This document shows, one piece after another, positions 63,701 to 64,000 of a DNA stretch of 64,000 nucleotides. The translations under genes and the position numbers were made by a program. The notes under the pieces were generated by a model. That model did no database searches, was not told where the DNA came from, and saw nothing but the letters and a program-made list of their open reading frames with translations. Where the stretch lies: assembly GCF_021869535.1 (NCBI RefSeq), contig NW_026262626.1, positions 10,416,001 to 10,480,000 of the forward strand. The letters are read 5' to 3'. Origin of the DNA: Mytilus californianus. Taxonomy: Eukaryota. Every line of letters begins with the position of its first letter. Within the stretch, counting starts at the first letter, position 1.

Positions 63701-64000
63701 ATACAAGTTAACCCTGGAAATTACGACGAAATTTAAAGGCACCTTTTATGTGTGTAAAATGTAGAACTTACACGTCACATCGAAACAGTTCATAAATGAA
63801 TATGCGTTTTCAAGAGTCCTTAAAATAATTCTGAAGATATGAAAAGATTTACAGACACTAAGTGATTTTCTTTGGAGTTGAGGCGAAAACTCTCTATTTA
63901 TTTAAAACTTATGGTTAATGAAATAAAACAAATTGAGGTTTGATATATTCGTCGATGTTTGGCATTGAAAACTATTATAAATTACTACCGTTATGTGGTT

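Overview
Strongly AT-rich eukaryotic genomic DNA, most likely a bivalve mollusc (Mytilus-like, inferred from the repeat families and a coiled-coil C1q gene), with one assembly gap (44545-44762). Four spliced genes were reconstructed by hand from GT/AG sites and phase: a JIP1/MAPK8IP1-like scaffold (minus strand, SH3+PTB, running off the left edge), mitochondrial ATP synthase subunit b (plus strand, 8 exons, 291 aa, head-to-head with JIP1), a sorbitol-dehydrogenase-like MDR enzyme (minus, 9 exons, 352 aa) and a secreted coiled-coil C1q-domain gene (minus, 2 exons, one frameshift). The remainder is dense in mobile DNA: a 5'-truncated Penelope-like retroelement with an intact RT C-terminal half, many 3'-end fragments of related elements, tRNA-headed SINEs, Helentron-type non-autonomous elements with ~160-bp internal arrays, and several MITE families. 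Best leads: a tandem array built from copies of a JIP1 3' splice site (echoed by a duplicated acceptor in SORD), a conserved multi-stem fold in the retroelement 3' UTR, and unidentified duplicated coding-like remnants at 55.5-62.4 kb. No CRISPR array, intact tRNA/rRNA gene or canonical ribozyme was found.
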